A stretch of DNA of 64,000 nucleotides from Gammaproteobacteria bacterium (GCA_965238175.1 CBDEGZ010000003.1:1152001-1216000), one strand, 5' to 3'; positions 1 to 10,312 are shown, counted from the stretch's first letter. Made by a program: numbers and translations. Notes: generated from the letters alone by a model not told the origin.

Positions 1-101
1 GTCGCTGACCATCAGGATTTTGATGATAGATAAATATCTAACTGTAATTATGAAATGAGTGCCTTTATGGTACTCAATTTGATCAGAATGAAGATAAACA
101 A

Positions 102-674
102 ATGAAATTATCTGATCAAAAGATAATTCGAAATGGCGGTTTTAGTCTGCTCGAAATATTAATCGTCATTATTATTATCAGCGTTGTGGCTGGTGCTGCT
201 ATTCCTGCAAATTTCAGTGGTAAGGATCGGATTAAATTACAAACAGCGGCGAATGAAATTGCAACCCTGTTTCGTTATGCACGCGATCAAGCTATTCAAA
301 CGGGGCAGCCGCACGGCGTACATATCGATCCTTACTCTAGCAGAGTATATGGTTTTAAATCAGGCGGTTATGCTAATCCGTTAGTAGGGCTTATAGTTTT
401 ACACAACCCCATTTCAAAGTTAAGTACAGAAGTTGTAGTTACAAATCAACATCACACAGAAGGGGTGAGCATATCTAACACCGAATCTGTTTTTACCTAT
501 GCTGATCGCTCCAATCAGGATTATGTGTTGTTTGATGAAACTGGATTGCCATATTGGAAAGGAGGTGACGGCGTGTTCCGTTTACTAGTAGACAGTGAAA
601 TCACGCTCAGTTATAGCGGTGAGTTACAAAGCATCTCACTTATGGCGGGTTATGGACGTGTGATTTTACAATGA
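102..674 (+). CDS. GspH/FimT-like minor (pseudo)pilin
   Basis: Prepilin cleavage/methylation motif GGFSLLEILIV plus hydrophobic helix; AANEIATLFRYARDQAI is typical of GspH/FimT. Confidence 0.85.
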   Translation: MKLSDQKIIRNGGFSLLEILIVIIIISVVAGAAIPANFSGKDRIKLQTAANEIATLFRYARDQAIQTGQPHGVHIDPYSSRVYGFKSGGYANPLVGLIVLHNPISKLSTEVVVTNQHHTEGVSISNTESVFTYADRSNQDYVLFDETGLPYWKGGDGVFRLLVDSEITLSYSGELQSISLMAGYGRVILQ

Positions 675-1090
675 GCCTCTTGATTAAAACACAGCGACAA
701 TCAGGTTTCACTTACGTTGAAATAATGATCACCGTTGCCGTTATCGCGATTGCGATATTACCAATAATGGATGCTTTGCAAACCAGTGCCCAGGCATCGG
801 GGTATCAACGTCAACATGTTGCATTACATTATCATTTGATGGGAGGAATGGAATCCGTTTTAGCAGAGTCTTATACGGCGCTTGAAGCTGAGATTATTAA
901 TTCTACAACGGCCTCCTCATTTTCGGATGCATCGGGAACAAGTGATCGGCGACTCGTCTACCTGTCAAAATACGACATAGACAATGTCGATTTAGATAAC
1001 GATGTCTTTACTGGTACGGATGATGTTATCTGGGTTAAAACCGAGCTGGAAGGGACGAACCATAGTTTTGAAACCCTAGTGATCCCATGA
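671..1090 (+). CDS. Prepilin-type minor pilin (PilV/GspI/MshD-like)
   Basis: QSGFTYVEIMI motif; ATGA overlap with upstream gene. Confidence 0.8.
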   Translation: MSLLIKTQRQSGFTYVEIMITVAVIAIAILPIMDALQTSAQASGYQRQHVALHYHLMGGMESVLAESYTALEAEIINSTTASSFSDASGTSDRRLVYLSKYDIDNVDLDNDVFTGTDDVIWVKTELEGTNHSFETLVIP

Positions 1091-1665
1091 TTATCAACTC
1101 AGTAGATCAATCAAATCAACAGGGTTTTAGCCTGGTCGAATTGGTTGTTGTCATCGGGATGGCCGGTGTGATCTTTGCCTCGTTAAGTACTATCGTTGGT
1201 GAAATGTTCCAAACTCAAGAACGTATAGAAAATAATAGTGATATTAATCAGGAAGCTGCTTTTGTGACCGAACGTCTTGTTAATTTGATTGGGCATAGTC
1301 GTACATCTACCATACAGAACGACCAAACAAATCATGTACATGTTGATTTGGAAACGGATCCACAACAGGATATGAATAAGGATGGAACTTTTGATCCGGT
1401 TGATGAAATTGAATTTCATTGGGATCCTTCGTTGCTCGAAATTAGAACGCAAAGATTATCTTTTGATGTAACCGGTGATGGTGGAATAGACAGTAATGAT
1501 AGGTTCAGGTATTTACTTACGAGAAACATCAGTGCATTTACGATCAGTCGTTCAAGACCTACCGGTGGGCGCTTTGATTTAATTCGTCTTGAAATGACGT
1601 TTACCGATACGAGTGGTCAGACGTTGGATATCGATACATCTGTGCGGGTTGGTGGGCAATTATGA
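1087..1665 (+). CDS. Prepilin-type minor pilin (PilW/GspJ-like)
   Basis: QQGFSLVELVV motif; third position in the minor pilin series. Confidence 0.8.
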   Translation: MIINSVDQSNQQGFSLVELVVVIGMAGVIFASLSTIVGEMFQTQERIENNSDINQEAAFVTERLVNLIGHSRTSTIQNDQTNHVHVDLETDPQQDMNKDGTFDPVDEIEFHWDPSLLEIRTQRLSFDVTGDGGIDSNDRFRYLLTRNISAFTISRSRPTGGRFDLIRLEMTFTDTSGQTLDIDTSVRVGGQL

Positions 1666-2669
1666 AGCCTCATAACAAGTCAATTCCAAAGTCCTTTCCT
1701 GCATCATTTCACCGGTCAATTTACGGAACAACTCCTGAACAGAATCAGCAAGGGTTTATTTTGATTACTGTCCTGCTTTTAATCAGCTTGATCGCCTCTG
1801 TTGCTTATTTATCAAGTACCCATAGTGTTTTTAATGCCTCTCAAGCAGAGTCGAAAATTGATTCTCAGAAGATGCGTTATGCGGCGGAAACGGGTTTAGT
1901 CTTTGCGACGGCTGAGCTAGCAAAAGATCTGGATTGTACTGGATATACGATCACGCCGAATGGAACCTTTAATGGTTACCGTTACAGGGCAAGTTTATCG
2001 GCGACTTCTGGTTCTCCTGTCACGGTTAATGTTTCAATGGATCTTGGATCGGGTAATTCGCGTTCTTTTAGTCGGGAGGTTACTGTAACAAAAAATAATG
2101 AGACAGAAGTGGACTTGGAAGAAGATAGTTATTCTAATCGATCGGATGACAATCGAAACTATGGGGAAGATCAGGAACTCCACGTGAGAGCTCGGTTAGA
2201 TCGAATAACGTTCTTAAAATTCGATATGGGAAAAATCAATATCGATCCAGCAGCGATTATCGGGGCTGAGCTTAAGCTTTATCAAAAGAGTTCACCAGAG
2301 GCGAGTACGTTCAATATCCGTGTTTACAGAATCACAAAAAGATGGAAGGAAAGGGAAGTTACATATGACGATCGTTATAACAATAGAGCTTGGACCAAAA
2401 ATATGCTTGGTGTGATTACCGATGTTGATCCAACAGCAATAGATTCGGTTGAGATTGATAAAAATGTTGTGGATTGGAAGATATGGGATGTGACGTCTCT
2501 GGTGATAGATTGGTTAGATGGAACGTCTACTGATCGTGGTATGGCATTATCAAATACTGGAATCCGCACTAATAGTATTGAGTTCCTTAGCCGAGAGTCT
2601 TCAGATATTGCCAAACGGCCTAAGTTAGTTATAACTCATCAATGCGAGTGTGGGACAGCCGGTTGCTAG
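1662..2669 (+). CDS. PilX/GspK-like minor pilin with C-terminal DNRLRE/CBM96-like domain
   Basis: QQGFILITVLL lacks Glu+5, as in PilX/GspK; C-terminal EDSY..NYG..L.V..FLKFD..AELKLY..W.E..VT..W..WDVT.LV..W..RPKLVI pattern. Confidence 0.75.
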   Translation: MKPHNKSIPKSFPASFHRSIYGTTPEQNQQGFILITVLLLISLIASVAYLSSTHSVFNASQAESKIDSQKMRYAAETGLVFATAELAKDLDCTGYTITPNGTFNGYRYRASLSATSGSPVTVNVSMDLGSGNSRSFSREVTVTKNNETEVDLEEDSYSNRSDDNRNYGEDQELHVRARLDRITFLKFDMGKINIDPAAIIGAELKLYQKSSPEASTFNIRVYRITKRWKEREVTYDDRYNNRAWTKNMLGVITDVDPTAIDSVEIDKNVVDWKIWDVTSLVIDWLDGTSTDRGMALSNTGIRTNSIEFLSRESSDIAKRPKLVITHQCECGTAGC

Positions 2670-2710
2670 TTCTGAAACTGATCTTTGGTTTACCCAGACT
2701 AAAATTTAAC

Positions 2711-2811
2711 TAACCTGATGTGATGGTCTCCTCCCCCTTACGGCATGTAAGTGTCATGATTGAACCGTCATCAACACAATCAAAAGAGGAGAAGACCATC
2801 AAATCAGGTTA
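2711..2811 (+). mobile_element. Miniature IS110(IS1111)-derived element / left-end remnant forming a 19-bp terminal hairpin
   Basis: 2716-2798 is about 90% identical to the left end of the IS110 copies; taacctgatgtgatggtct / agaccatcaaatcaggtta pair at 18 of 19 positions. Confidence 0.85.
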
Positions 2812-2871
2812 AATAAAGAATTTGGTGTTTTTGCCGATAAAGTTATCAGATAAAAATATTTGGGATAGGAC

Positions 2872-3980
2872 ATGCTAGGGATAACCCGTAAGGGTCCAAT
2901 TGGATTAGATTTTGGTTCTGATCATTTGAAAATGGTACAGGCAGATTTTGTAAAAGGAAGTCCGGTGATCCGTTCTGCTATTATTTTGCCTTACCCCACG
3001 AACAAAAAAGAGCTATTTGAATCTCCTACAGATTTAAAAAAAATGGTTCGTAAAGCGCGCAGTATAGGTGGGTTTCAAGGTGCTCGTACAGTGGTGACAA
3101 TGCCTCCTGAAAAACTTCAATTTGTTTCGCTCGAATATAAATGTATGCCGTCAAAAGATCCTGACGAAGCGGTGATTGAGGCGATAAGAGAACGATTTGG
3201 TGATCAGATAAAAAGTTCAGTGATCGATTTTTACATATTCGCCCTGAACATAAAGATCAAATTGATCGCAGTGCACTCGCTGCGGTCGCACAAAAAGAAT
3301 CTGTCATTTCTTTCCTGGAGTCTATACGCAAGAGTGGATTAGAAGTTGATCGACTTGAAATTGGTCCGGTTGCGATTAATAGATTGATGGGCGCAATTAA
3401 TCCTAATGAGCATGACAAAATTAATCTAGTGATCAATTTCGGTCTATATAAATCTTATGCGACCGTTTTATGGGGCAGGCGCTTGTTGCTAGATCGTGAA
3501 TTATCATTTGGCTGTGCAACAGGTGCTACCGTTCTGTCTGAGGCACTGGAAGTATCAAAGCAAGAAGCAACAGAATTATTGGCTCGACATGGTATTAAGG
3601 TGGCAAATAAAGTCATCGTAGGTTCAGATTACGAAGAAGTAAGTATCGCGGAAACGGTGGCTGATATTTTAAAACCTGTACTTCAAGATTTTGCTCATGA
3701 GATTAAACGGCTGATGTTATATGTGGCCTCGAGAACGCGTGGACGTACAGTTAATGAATCGTATATGTTTGGTAATGTTCTCGAATGGTCTGGTGTAGAT
3801 AGAATTCTTTCTGAAATGACAGGAATAACGTTTAAAACAACGCAACCTTTCTACGGGTTTGCTACTTCTAAGCAGGCCGCGAAAATAAAGGATGTGTCTG
3901 AGTTACGTGGGATTGCTGTCGCGACCGGGCTTGCTTTGTTAGGGCTGGAAAACAACCAGAGGGCAAGCGGTGATGCATGA
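2872..3980 (+). pseudogene. pilM: PilM/MshI-like pilus assembly protein, split by a single-base frameshift (or sequencing error)
   Basis: N-terminus PIGLDFGSDHLKMVQ and C-terminus ..AVATGLAL; adding one T to the T5 run at 3228-3232 joins ORFs 2872-3342 and 3384-3980. Confidence 0.75.
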
Positions 3981-4560
3981 GATGGATTTGATGCCAGCAG
4001 ATTACCGCCGTAATCAAACTGCACGAAAATTACTGATTGGTTTTGCAGCGTTCTATGTATTGATTATTTCAGGTCTATTGGCAGGTAAAATTATTCTGGA
4101 AATGAAAATGTCTTCATTAGAGGTGCAAGTCAAGACCTATAAGAAGCAAAGCCAGATTTTGGTTGAACAACAAAAATTAAATTCTGATCTAAAAAATAAA
4201 AAATCTGCTATAGAAAGTCAATATACATTCGTCAAAATGCTTCAGCAAGGTGGTGGTGCGGATCAAATTTTCCATGTTTTTGATCGTGTTCTAGCACGAG
4301 ATTTGAAAGTTACTGGCAAAAGAAATATATGGATGACTGCGTGGACTTATACTGCCGAAAATCTTGATTTAGGAAAAGAACAAAACATTAAACAAAATAT
4401 GAAGGTCACGATGAATGGTCAAGCGAGGGACCATGAAGCACTATCAGTTTTTGTGGAAAATTTAATGCGACAGCCAGAGGTTCATGATGTAAATGTCATC
4501 AATACAACACTGCTTGGTGCAGATGAGGCTATCGTTACATTTGAACTGGAGATGAGTTAG
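3970..4560 (+). CDS. PilN domain protein
   Basis: MDLMPADY start, TM helix, coiled coil, G.A....L..FV.NL; follows pilM. Confidence 0.8.
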   Translation: MMHEMDLMPADYRRNQTARKLLIGFAAFYVLIISGLLAGKIILEMKMSSLEVQVKTYKKQSQILVEQQKLNSDLKNKKSAIESQYTFVKMLQQGGGADQIFHVFDRVLARDLKVTGKRNIWMTAWTYTAENLDLGKEQNIKQNMKVTMNGQARDHEALSVFVENLMRQPEVHDVNVINTTLLGADEAIVTFELEMS

Positions 4561-5118
4561 ATGTTGGATGAATTTACAAAAAATCTAACACCAAGACTGA
4601 TGTTTTTACTCTTACTGGCGGGTGTGGTGTTGCTATTGTCTACTGCGAATACATTATGGTTTAAAAAGCAGATCAAAGATTATCGACAATTGAAAGAAAA
4701 TTACAACGCTATACAGGCTGATTCTGTTGATTTGGCTTCTGCGGAGTTGGTTGCAAAAAACTTGCGTAAAGAAATTTCTAAACTAGATGATCAACTGACA
4801 TCGGTTGGCAGAGAAGTTTTAAAAGGAAAACCGTTGTCAGTGATAGCGGATCTTGGACGCTATGCTAAGCAATACCAGGTGCAAATGGTTAATATAAAAC
4901 CAGAATCTGAAATCAGGGGAGAGCTGTATACAGAAATCCCCTTTAATGTCAGTTTGTCCGGTAGTTATGCAGATCTATTCAAATGGGTTTATACGCTAGA
5001 GAATTCAAATAATCCGCTATTTATTAAAAATTTTTCCATGTCTTTAGGAACCGATCAAACAAACAGAACCATGCAATTAGCCATTGGTTTAATCCAACTA
5101 GTAGAGGAGGAGGGATAA
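4561..5118 (+). CDS. PilO/MshJ-like inner membrane protein
   Basis: TM + coiled coil + YTEIPFNVSLSGSY..L..W...LE ferredoxin-like motif. Confidence 0.8.
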   Translation: MLDEFTKNLTPRLMFLLLLAGVVLLLSTANTLWFKKQIKDYRQLKENYNAIQADSVDLASAELVAKNLRKEISKLDDQLTSVGREVLKGKPLSVIADLGRYAKQYQVQMVNIKPESEIRGELYTEIPFNVSLSGSYADLFKWVYTLENSNNPLFIKNFSMSLGTDQTNRTMQLAIGLIQLVEEEG

Positions 5119-5121
5119 GCC

Positions 5122-5535
5122 GTGGGAATACAACAGCATCTATCAAGAATATTGTTGGTAACTTGTTTGGGCATAGCTACCATGCAGTTAGTATTTGCGG
5201 CTGAAAATGTGGCACCTGAATTGCATATTGATCCCTTTGTAAACACCCTGGTATTGGAGACACGGCTTGATCCGTCAGGTGGAGATGAACAAGATGTACC
5301 AGTGGTAAAAGCGCAGCCTAGAGAGACATTTTTGTGGCAGCCAGAATTGCGCGGCATTATTCGATCAGAAGATGTTGCAATTGCAAATATGGCTGGTGAA
5401 CTGATCGAACTGGGTATGGAATATGAAGGATATCGCCTGATTAAGGTAAGGGAACAATCGGTTGTTTTTGAAAAAAATGGAAGAAAATTTCCTGTGTCGA
5501 TTGATGGCACAGAAGAACAGGAAAGCACTTTATAG
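5122..5535 (+). CDS. PilP/MshK-like periplasmic assembly protein
   Basis: Signal peptide, DPF motif, L.GII...A.....G....GY.L..V....V.F; lies between pilO and the secretin. Confidence 0.6.
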   Translation: MGIQQHLSRILLVTCLGIATMQLVFAAENVAPELHIDPFVNTLVLETRLDPSGGDEQDVPVVKAQPRETFLWQPELRGIIRSEDVAIANMAGELIELGMEYEGYRLIKVREQSVVFEKNGRKFPVSIDGTEEQESTL

Positions 5536-7069
5536 CCAAGTACTATACAAAGCTTTAGCTATTGTATGTTTACTTATTCCTCAACAGCTAAATGCCGCTG
5601 AGGTAACGTCACAGAAAAATTCAACGCCTCAGCCTGTTTTTCAAGCGGGTGCTGAGAATCAAAATCTTGGACAAGATACTCAAGATCAAGGCAGTCAAGA
5701 TCAAGTTTTAAATGCTGATAGCATAGCCAATGCTAGCAATGAAAAGAAAGCAACTAATTTAAAACAAAAGTTAAGCATAGGGATCCCAACTTCTAAAGGA
5801 TCAAAAATAAATAGCACCGTGACTATTTCTGTTCGTCACGCTAATCTGGCAGAAGTGTTTGAAATGATGTCCAAGCATGGTCGGGTGAATATTCTGCTAG
5901 CCAATGGTGTGCAAGGTGAAGTGTCGATTAATCTATATGAAATCGATTTGCATGAGGCAATTAAAGCGGTTGCCATTGCTGCTGGGTTTGCGGTTGAGAA
6001 ATCGGGCAATACCTATTTTGTCGTCACCCGTGATGATGCTGGCAAAGAAATTGTTGATGGTTTGACCGAAGTTAAATCATTTAAGGTTCAGTACAGTGAT
6101 CCTAATTTGGTCGCCACTATTCTGAGTGATCATTTATCACGTTATGGAAAAATTACCGCGCTACCAGAACGTCGCTTGATCGTCGTAGAAGATCTGCCTG
6201 AATTTATGGATCGCGTGGGAAACTTGTTAGAAGAGTTAGATAGCCCACCGGTACAAATTTTGATCGAGGCGCAGATTCTGGAGGTGAGATTAGATCGGAC
6301 AGAGGCTTTTGGTGTTAACTGGGAAAATATATTCTCATCAAGTAATGGGACGGGCAGGGCAGGTATTACAGGCCTCTCGATTCCTGCAAGCGGTTTATTT
6401 TTTCAGATTATTAATTCAAAGATAGAAGCGGCACTTGGGGCTTTGAGCACTAAAGGACGTCTTAGAACCTTATCTACGCCAAAATTAATGGCGTTAGAAC
6501 ATCAGAATGCGGAAGTTATTATTGGAGATAGAGTTGGCTATACAGAAGTGACTCTAACTGAAGGTGGAAGTAGAGTAGAAAATGTTGAGTTTCTTGATTC
6601 AGGTGTGATCTTACGGGTGACACCTTTTGTTGATCGAAGTGGCAAAATTATGATGGAGATCCATCCAGAAGTAAGTAGTGCAAGTCTTAATGGTGGAGTG
6701 CCCTCATTACAGACAACCGAGGTTACCACACAGTTATTAGCCGCTGATGGAGAAACGATTTTTATCGGTGGTCTGATCAGAAATAATACGGTTAACGAAA
6801 GAGATGGTATTCCTATTTTAAGTGATATTCCTGTAATAGGTCATTTATTTAGAAGCCAAAATGACACGGTTTCAAATACAGAAACGGTGGTTATGATCAC
6901 CCCTCGGATTGTTAGACCAGATTCGGGTATTCAAGACCCTGTTGGGCTGGAAAATGAAACAAAAATCCGCGAGATTGATTCGACATTAAAAAATGAAGGG
7001 CGAGATGTTGATGACATTTTCAAAAACCATGTACCTCTCGGTCAAAAATTCAATTCATTCGGCCAATAG
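5504..7069 (+). CDS. Secretin (GspD/PilQ/MshL family)
   Basis: QILIEAQILEV, STPKL, GVILRVTP, GETIFIGGL, GIPILSDIPVIGHLF, VMITPRI; start uncertain (ORF open from 5462). Confidence 0.92.
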   Translation: MAQKNRKALYSQVLYKALAIVCLLIPQQLNAAEVTSQKNSTPQPVFQAGAENQNLGQDTQDQGSQDQVLNADSIANASNEKKATNLKQKLSIGIPTSKGSKINSTVTISVRHANLAEVFEMMSKHGRVNILLANGVQGEVSINLYEIDLHEAIKAVAIAAGFAVEKSGNTYFVVTRDDAGKEIVDGLTEVKSFKVQYSDPNLVATILSDHLSRYGKITALPERRLIVVEDLPEFMDRVGNLLEELDSPPVQILIEAQILEVRLDRTEAFGVNWENIFSSSNGTGRAGITGLSIPASGLFFQIINSKIEAALGALSTKGRLRTLSTPKLMALEHQNAEVIIGDRVGYTEVTLTEGGSRVENVEFLDSGVILRVTPFVDRSGKIMMEIHPEVSSASLNGGVPSLQTTEVTTQLLAADGETIFIGGLIRNNTVNERDGIPILSDIPVIGHLFRSQNDTVSNTETVVMITPRIVRPDSGIQDPVGLENETKIREIDSTLKNEGRDVDDIFKNHVPLGQKFNSFGQ

Positions 7070-7206
7070 TTCTCTTGCGTACACGCTTTTCCAAACCACT
7101 CGTACTTTAATTTCCATTTTGAACTTATTTCAGGTCATTTTCAGGCACAAGTAATGCATTGTTTTTTTTGACTCAAAAAAAATTGAAATAGAAAGGAGGG
7201 GTCATT

Positions 7207-8151
7207 ATGTATCTCAAACACTTTTCTCTAAAAGAACAGCCCTTTGGCATCACGCCGGACACGTCATTTTTTATGAACCGTTCTGGTTATCGCGATGCAC
7301 TCAATGTGATGAAAATTGCATTGGATATGGGGGAAGGTTTTCTTAAGGTGACCGGTGAAGTTGGCACGGGGAAAACACTTTTGTGTCGCGCTTTGATTAG
7401 CAACCTTGGTAATGAATATGTGACTGCTTATGTGCCGAATCCTTACCTAACCCCTGAGGCATTATTTCTGACGATTGCGGATGAACTGGGTATTCGTTAT
7501 ATACCCAATATCAAGCAACACGCGTTGTTAAAACGTATTACCTGGACTTTATTGAGAATGCATAAAGAAGGTAAACGTGTTGTTCTGTGTCTTGATGAGG
7601 CCCAGGCAATGCCGATCCAAACACTGGAAACTCTTCGTCTTCTAACCAATCTTGAGACTGAGAAACGAAAATTGATTCAGGTGATCTTATTTGGACAGCC
7701 TGAATTAAATGATGTGTTAGCTGAAGCTTCGGTAAGACAACTCCGTCAGCGGATCACTTTCTCATATGATTTAGCGCCATTGAATCGAGAAGCCATGAAA
7801 CGCTATCTTGATCATCGTCTTAGCATTGCCGGATATCTGGATGGAGACTTATTCGATGAGGATGCACTGGAACTGCTTTTTATTGCTAGTCGTGGCATAC
7901 CAAGGTTGGTAAATATTCTGGCGCACAAAGCAATGATTGTTGCCTATGGAACGGGTGATATCATTGTGATGCGAAAGCATATGCGTGTTTCAATTGAAGA
8001 TACTGAAGATGCACGCCGATGGCAGCAAAAATTCACCAGGAAAAGAGAAAAGATCATGCGCTGGGCTTATGGAACATTTGGAAGTTTTGCTTTGGCCGGT
8101 TTATTGTTCCTTGGCGTTAATTCAGTGGACGTGATGGCTTTTATCAAGTGA
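7207..8151 (+). CDS. ExeA/MshM family AAA ATPase
   Basis: MYLKHFSLKEQPFGITPD, Walker A GEVGTGKT, Walker B LDEAQ, FGQPEL; RBS aggagg. Confidence 0.93.
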   Translation: MYLKHFSLKEQPFGITPDTSFFMNRSGYRDALNVMKIALDMGEGFLKVTGEVGTGKTLLCRALISNLGNEYVTAYVPNPYLTPEALFLTIADELGIRYIPNIKQHALLKRITWTLLRMHKEGKRVVLCLDEAQAMPIQTLETLRLLTNLETEKRKLIQVILFGQPELNDVLAEASVRQLRQRITFSYDLAPLNREAMKRYLDHRLSIAGYLDGDLFDEDALELLFIASRGIPRLVNILAHKAMIVAYGTGDIIVMRKHMRVSIEDTEDARRWQQKFTRKREKIMRWAYGTFGSFALAGLLFLGVNSVDVMAFIK

Positions 8152-8993
8152 GCTTCGTTAACGATGTAATGGCTGAAGCTGCGGATAGAAAGAGCTTCGA
8201 TCTTTATCAGAATCAATTTAATCCTGATGAACCTGGGCTTAATAATAGAAAAAAATCGACAAAGTTAGCGACGACAAAGAATGTATTTTTTTCATTACTT
8301 TTATTCTTGATAGCACTCTGGTTTTTCGAGCAACTAGTTTCTATTAATACTTCCGAAAATGCTTATACTTCTGCTGAGAGTTTCAAATTTGATCCGGTAA
8401 ACGATTCGAAAAATCAATCTAATAAGTCGATCGATTTTCAACTGGGCCAGGCTCAAAAACTGCATCAACAAGGTCAATTTATTGCTGCACAAGATATTCT
8501 TCAACAAATCCTGAGTTCGGATAAAGATCACCTCCAGGCACGTCTAATGTTAGCATCTTCTTTAATTGATCAAGATCAAAAACGTGATGCGATTAAGCTC
8601 TATACAGAAGGATTTAAAAACGCACCAAAAGAACCTCATATTGCACAACCTTTAGCAAAATTACTTGAGGAGGAAGGGAAAATTGACCTAGCAATAAAAG
8701 TGCTGTTATATGCCGTACCATCGAATATGTCTGATCCAGCATATTATGCTTCGATTGCAGCCTTACAACAGAAACTCGGTCGGCATAAAGACGTGATTAA
8801 GATCTATCAAACAATTCTGCAAAAACGCCCTGAAAATAGACAATGGTGGCTAGATTTAGGAATTTCTTTGTTGGCAGAAACCAGGAAAGTTGAAGCACGT
8901 GAGGCATTTGAAAAGGCTTTGTTGGATAAAACGCTTTCTCCTGCGTTAGCCTCATTTGCCCATCAACGAATTAAAGAATTGAAACGCAGCTGA
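8148..8993 (+). CDS. MshN-like TPR protein
   Basis: TM segment then TPR repeats; follows the MshM-like gene. Confidence 0.75.
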   Translation: MSFVNDVMAEAADRKSFDLYQNQFNPDEPGLNNRKKSTKLATTKNVFFSLLLFLIALWFFEQLVSINTSENAYTSAESFKFDPVNDSKNQSNKSIDFQLGQAQKLHQQGQFIAAQDILQQILSSDKDHLQARLMLASSLIDQDQKRDAIKLYTEGFKNAPKEPHIAQPLAKLLEEEGKIDLAIKVLLYAVPSNMSDPAYYASIAALQQKLGRHKDVIKIYQTILQKRPENRQWWLDLGISLLAETRKVEAREAFEKALLDKTLSPALASFAHQRIKELKRS

Positions 8994-9005
8994 GTCAATC
9001 CGTTA

Positions 9006-9165
9006 TATACCTGTGCTACTTGGAACTGCATCTTTATAGTACGCCTGCTTTCATCCATGGCGGCGTTGTTCCTCTTTGCTGGGAATGCCATGCGCATCGT
9101 CACGCCTTGCCCTGAATAAAAACAGACGCACTCTAAAACACGCATTGCCAAGTATCATGGGTATA
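9006..9165. repeat. ERIC-like miniature inverted-repeat element
   Basis: Ends TATACCtgtgctacttgg ... ccaagtatcatgGGTATA; internal arms also complementary. Confidence 0.65.
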
Positions 9166-9197
9166 ATCTCTGTTTTAGCTTAATAGACAGGATCTTA

Positions 9198-10067
9198 ATG
9201 TCATCACTTCTTCCAGTGATAAAACTGAAATCGGGATTTGATCACTATTCGGTGATAGGAAATCCGATTTCCCACAGTCGCTCCCCACAAATTCATCAAC
9301 AGTTTGCTGAACAGGCTGATCAGAACCTGATCTATCAAGCAATTGAATCACCGTTGGATCAATTTACTAATGTGATCAAACGGTTTCGAGACGCAGGTGG
9401 TCTTGGTTTAAATGTGACAGTGCCTTTTAAGCAAGAAGCCTGGGAGCTATCAACTCACCGAAGTGAAATTGCGGAGCGAGCTGGAGCGGTCAATACACTC
9501 TTTTTTAAAACCAGTTCAGGTCAAATTGAAATCCATGGGCATAATACTGATGGCCTGGGTTTAGTGAGAGATATTGTTCATAATTATGGACAGGCAATTA
9601 CCGGTAAGCGTATTTTGATTCTTGGTGCTGGCGGCGCTGTTAGAGGTGTTCTGGAACCGTTATTAAAAGAAAAACCGAGCTCTTGTGTAATCGCAAATCG
9701 TACCCTTTCTAAAGCAGTTGAGCTAGCTGATCTTTTTTCAGATCTTATTGATCCAGATAATCTTCGAGCAAGTGATTATCCAGATCTTGGTGAATCAAAA
9801 TTTGATCTGATTATCAATGGAACATCGGCAAGTCTTGATGGGAAGTTACCGCCTTTAAAGAATAATATCCTGGCAAAAGGCGCTATGTGTTACGACATGA
9901 TGTACGCAAAAAAACCGACAGCCTTTGTCATATGGGGGGATGAACAAGGTGCGGTATTATCGGTGGATGGAACAGGAATGTTGATAGAACAAGCCGCAGA
10001 AGCGTTCTACCTGTGGCGTGGTATAAGACCTGAGACTAAATCAGTAATATCTTTATTCAAGGCTTGA
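9198..10067 (+). CDS. aroE: Shikimate dehydrogenase
   Basis: GNPISHSRSP, NVTVPFK, GAVNT, NTDG, GAGGA, GMLIEQAAEAF. Confidence 0.97.
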   Translation: MSSLLPVIKLKSGFDHYSVIGNPISHSRSPQIHQQFAEQADQNLIYQAIESPLDQFTNVIKRFRDAGGLGLNVTVPFKQEAWELSTHRSEIAERAGAVNTLFFKTSSGQIEIHGHNTDGLGLVRDIVHNYGQAITGKRILILGAGGAVRGVLEPLLKEKPSSCVIANRTLSKAVELADLFSDLIDPDNLRASDYPDLGESKFDLIINGTSASLDGKLPPLKNNILAKGAMCYDMMYAKKPTAFVIWGDEQGAVLSVDGTGMLIEQAAEAFYLWRGIRPETKSVISLFKA

Positions 10068-10312
10068 CTTATTCACATTGACTTTTAAAAAGTGAATTTT
10101 ATAAGGTCATTGTACTCATCTTCTGAAAAAATCAAAAAAAACAATGTAAGTTATTGATATTTAATAATTATAGCAATCGGTCAATAATTGACTGAATTAA
10201 TAAGGATGTGATAAACACTGTGGATGACAAGGTTTTTACGCAGTTTGATCACAATGTTATCCACAGTTTTTGTGGGTAAAGTAAATTCACTTTCAAACAC
10301 AATAGCTTAGCT
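10064..10312. promoter_or_regulatory. DnaA-box cluster with IHF/Fis-like sites (DARS-like), copy A
   Basis: TTATTCACA 10069, TTATCCACA 10257, TGTGGGTAA 10271, TGTGGATGA 10219; perfect IHF consensus at 10147-10159. Confidence 0.65.
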
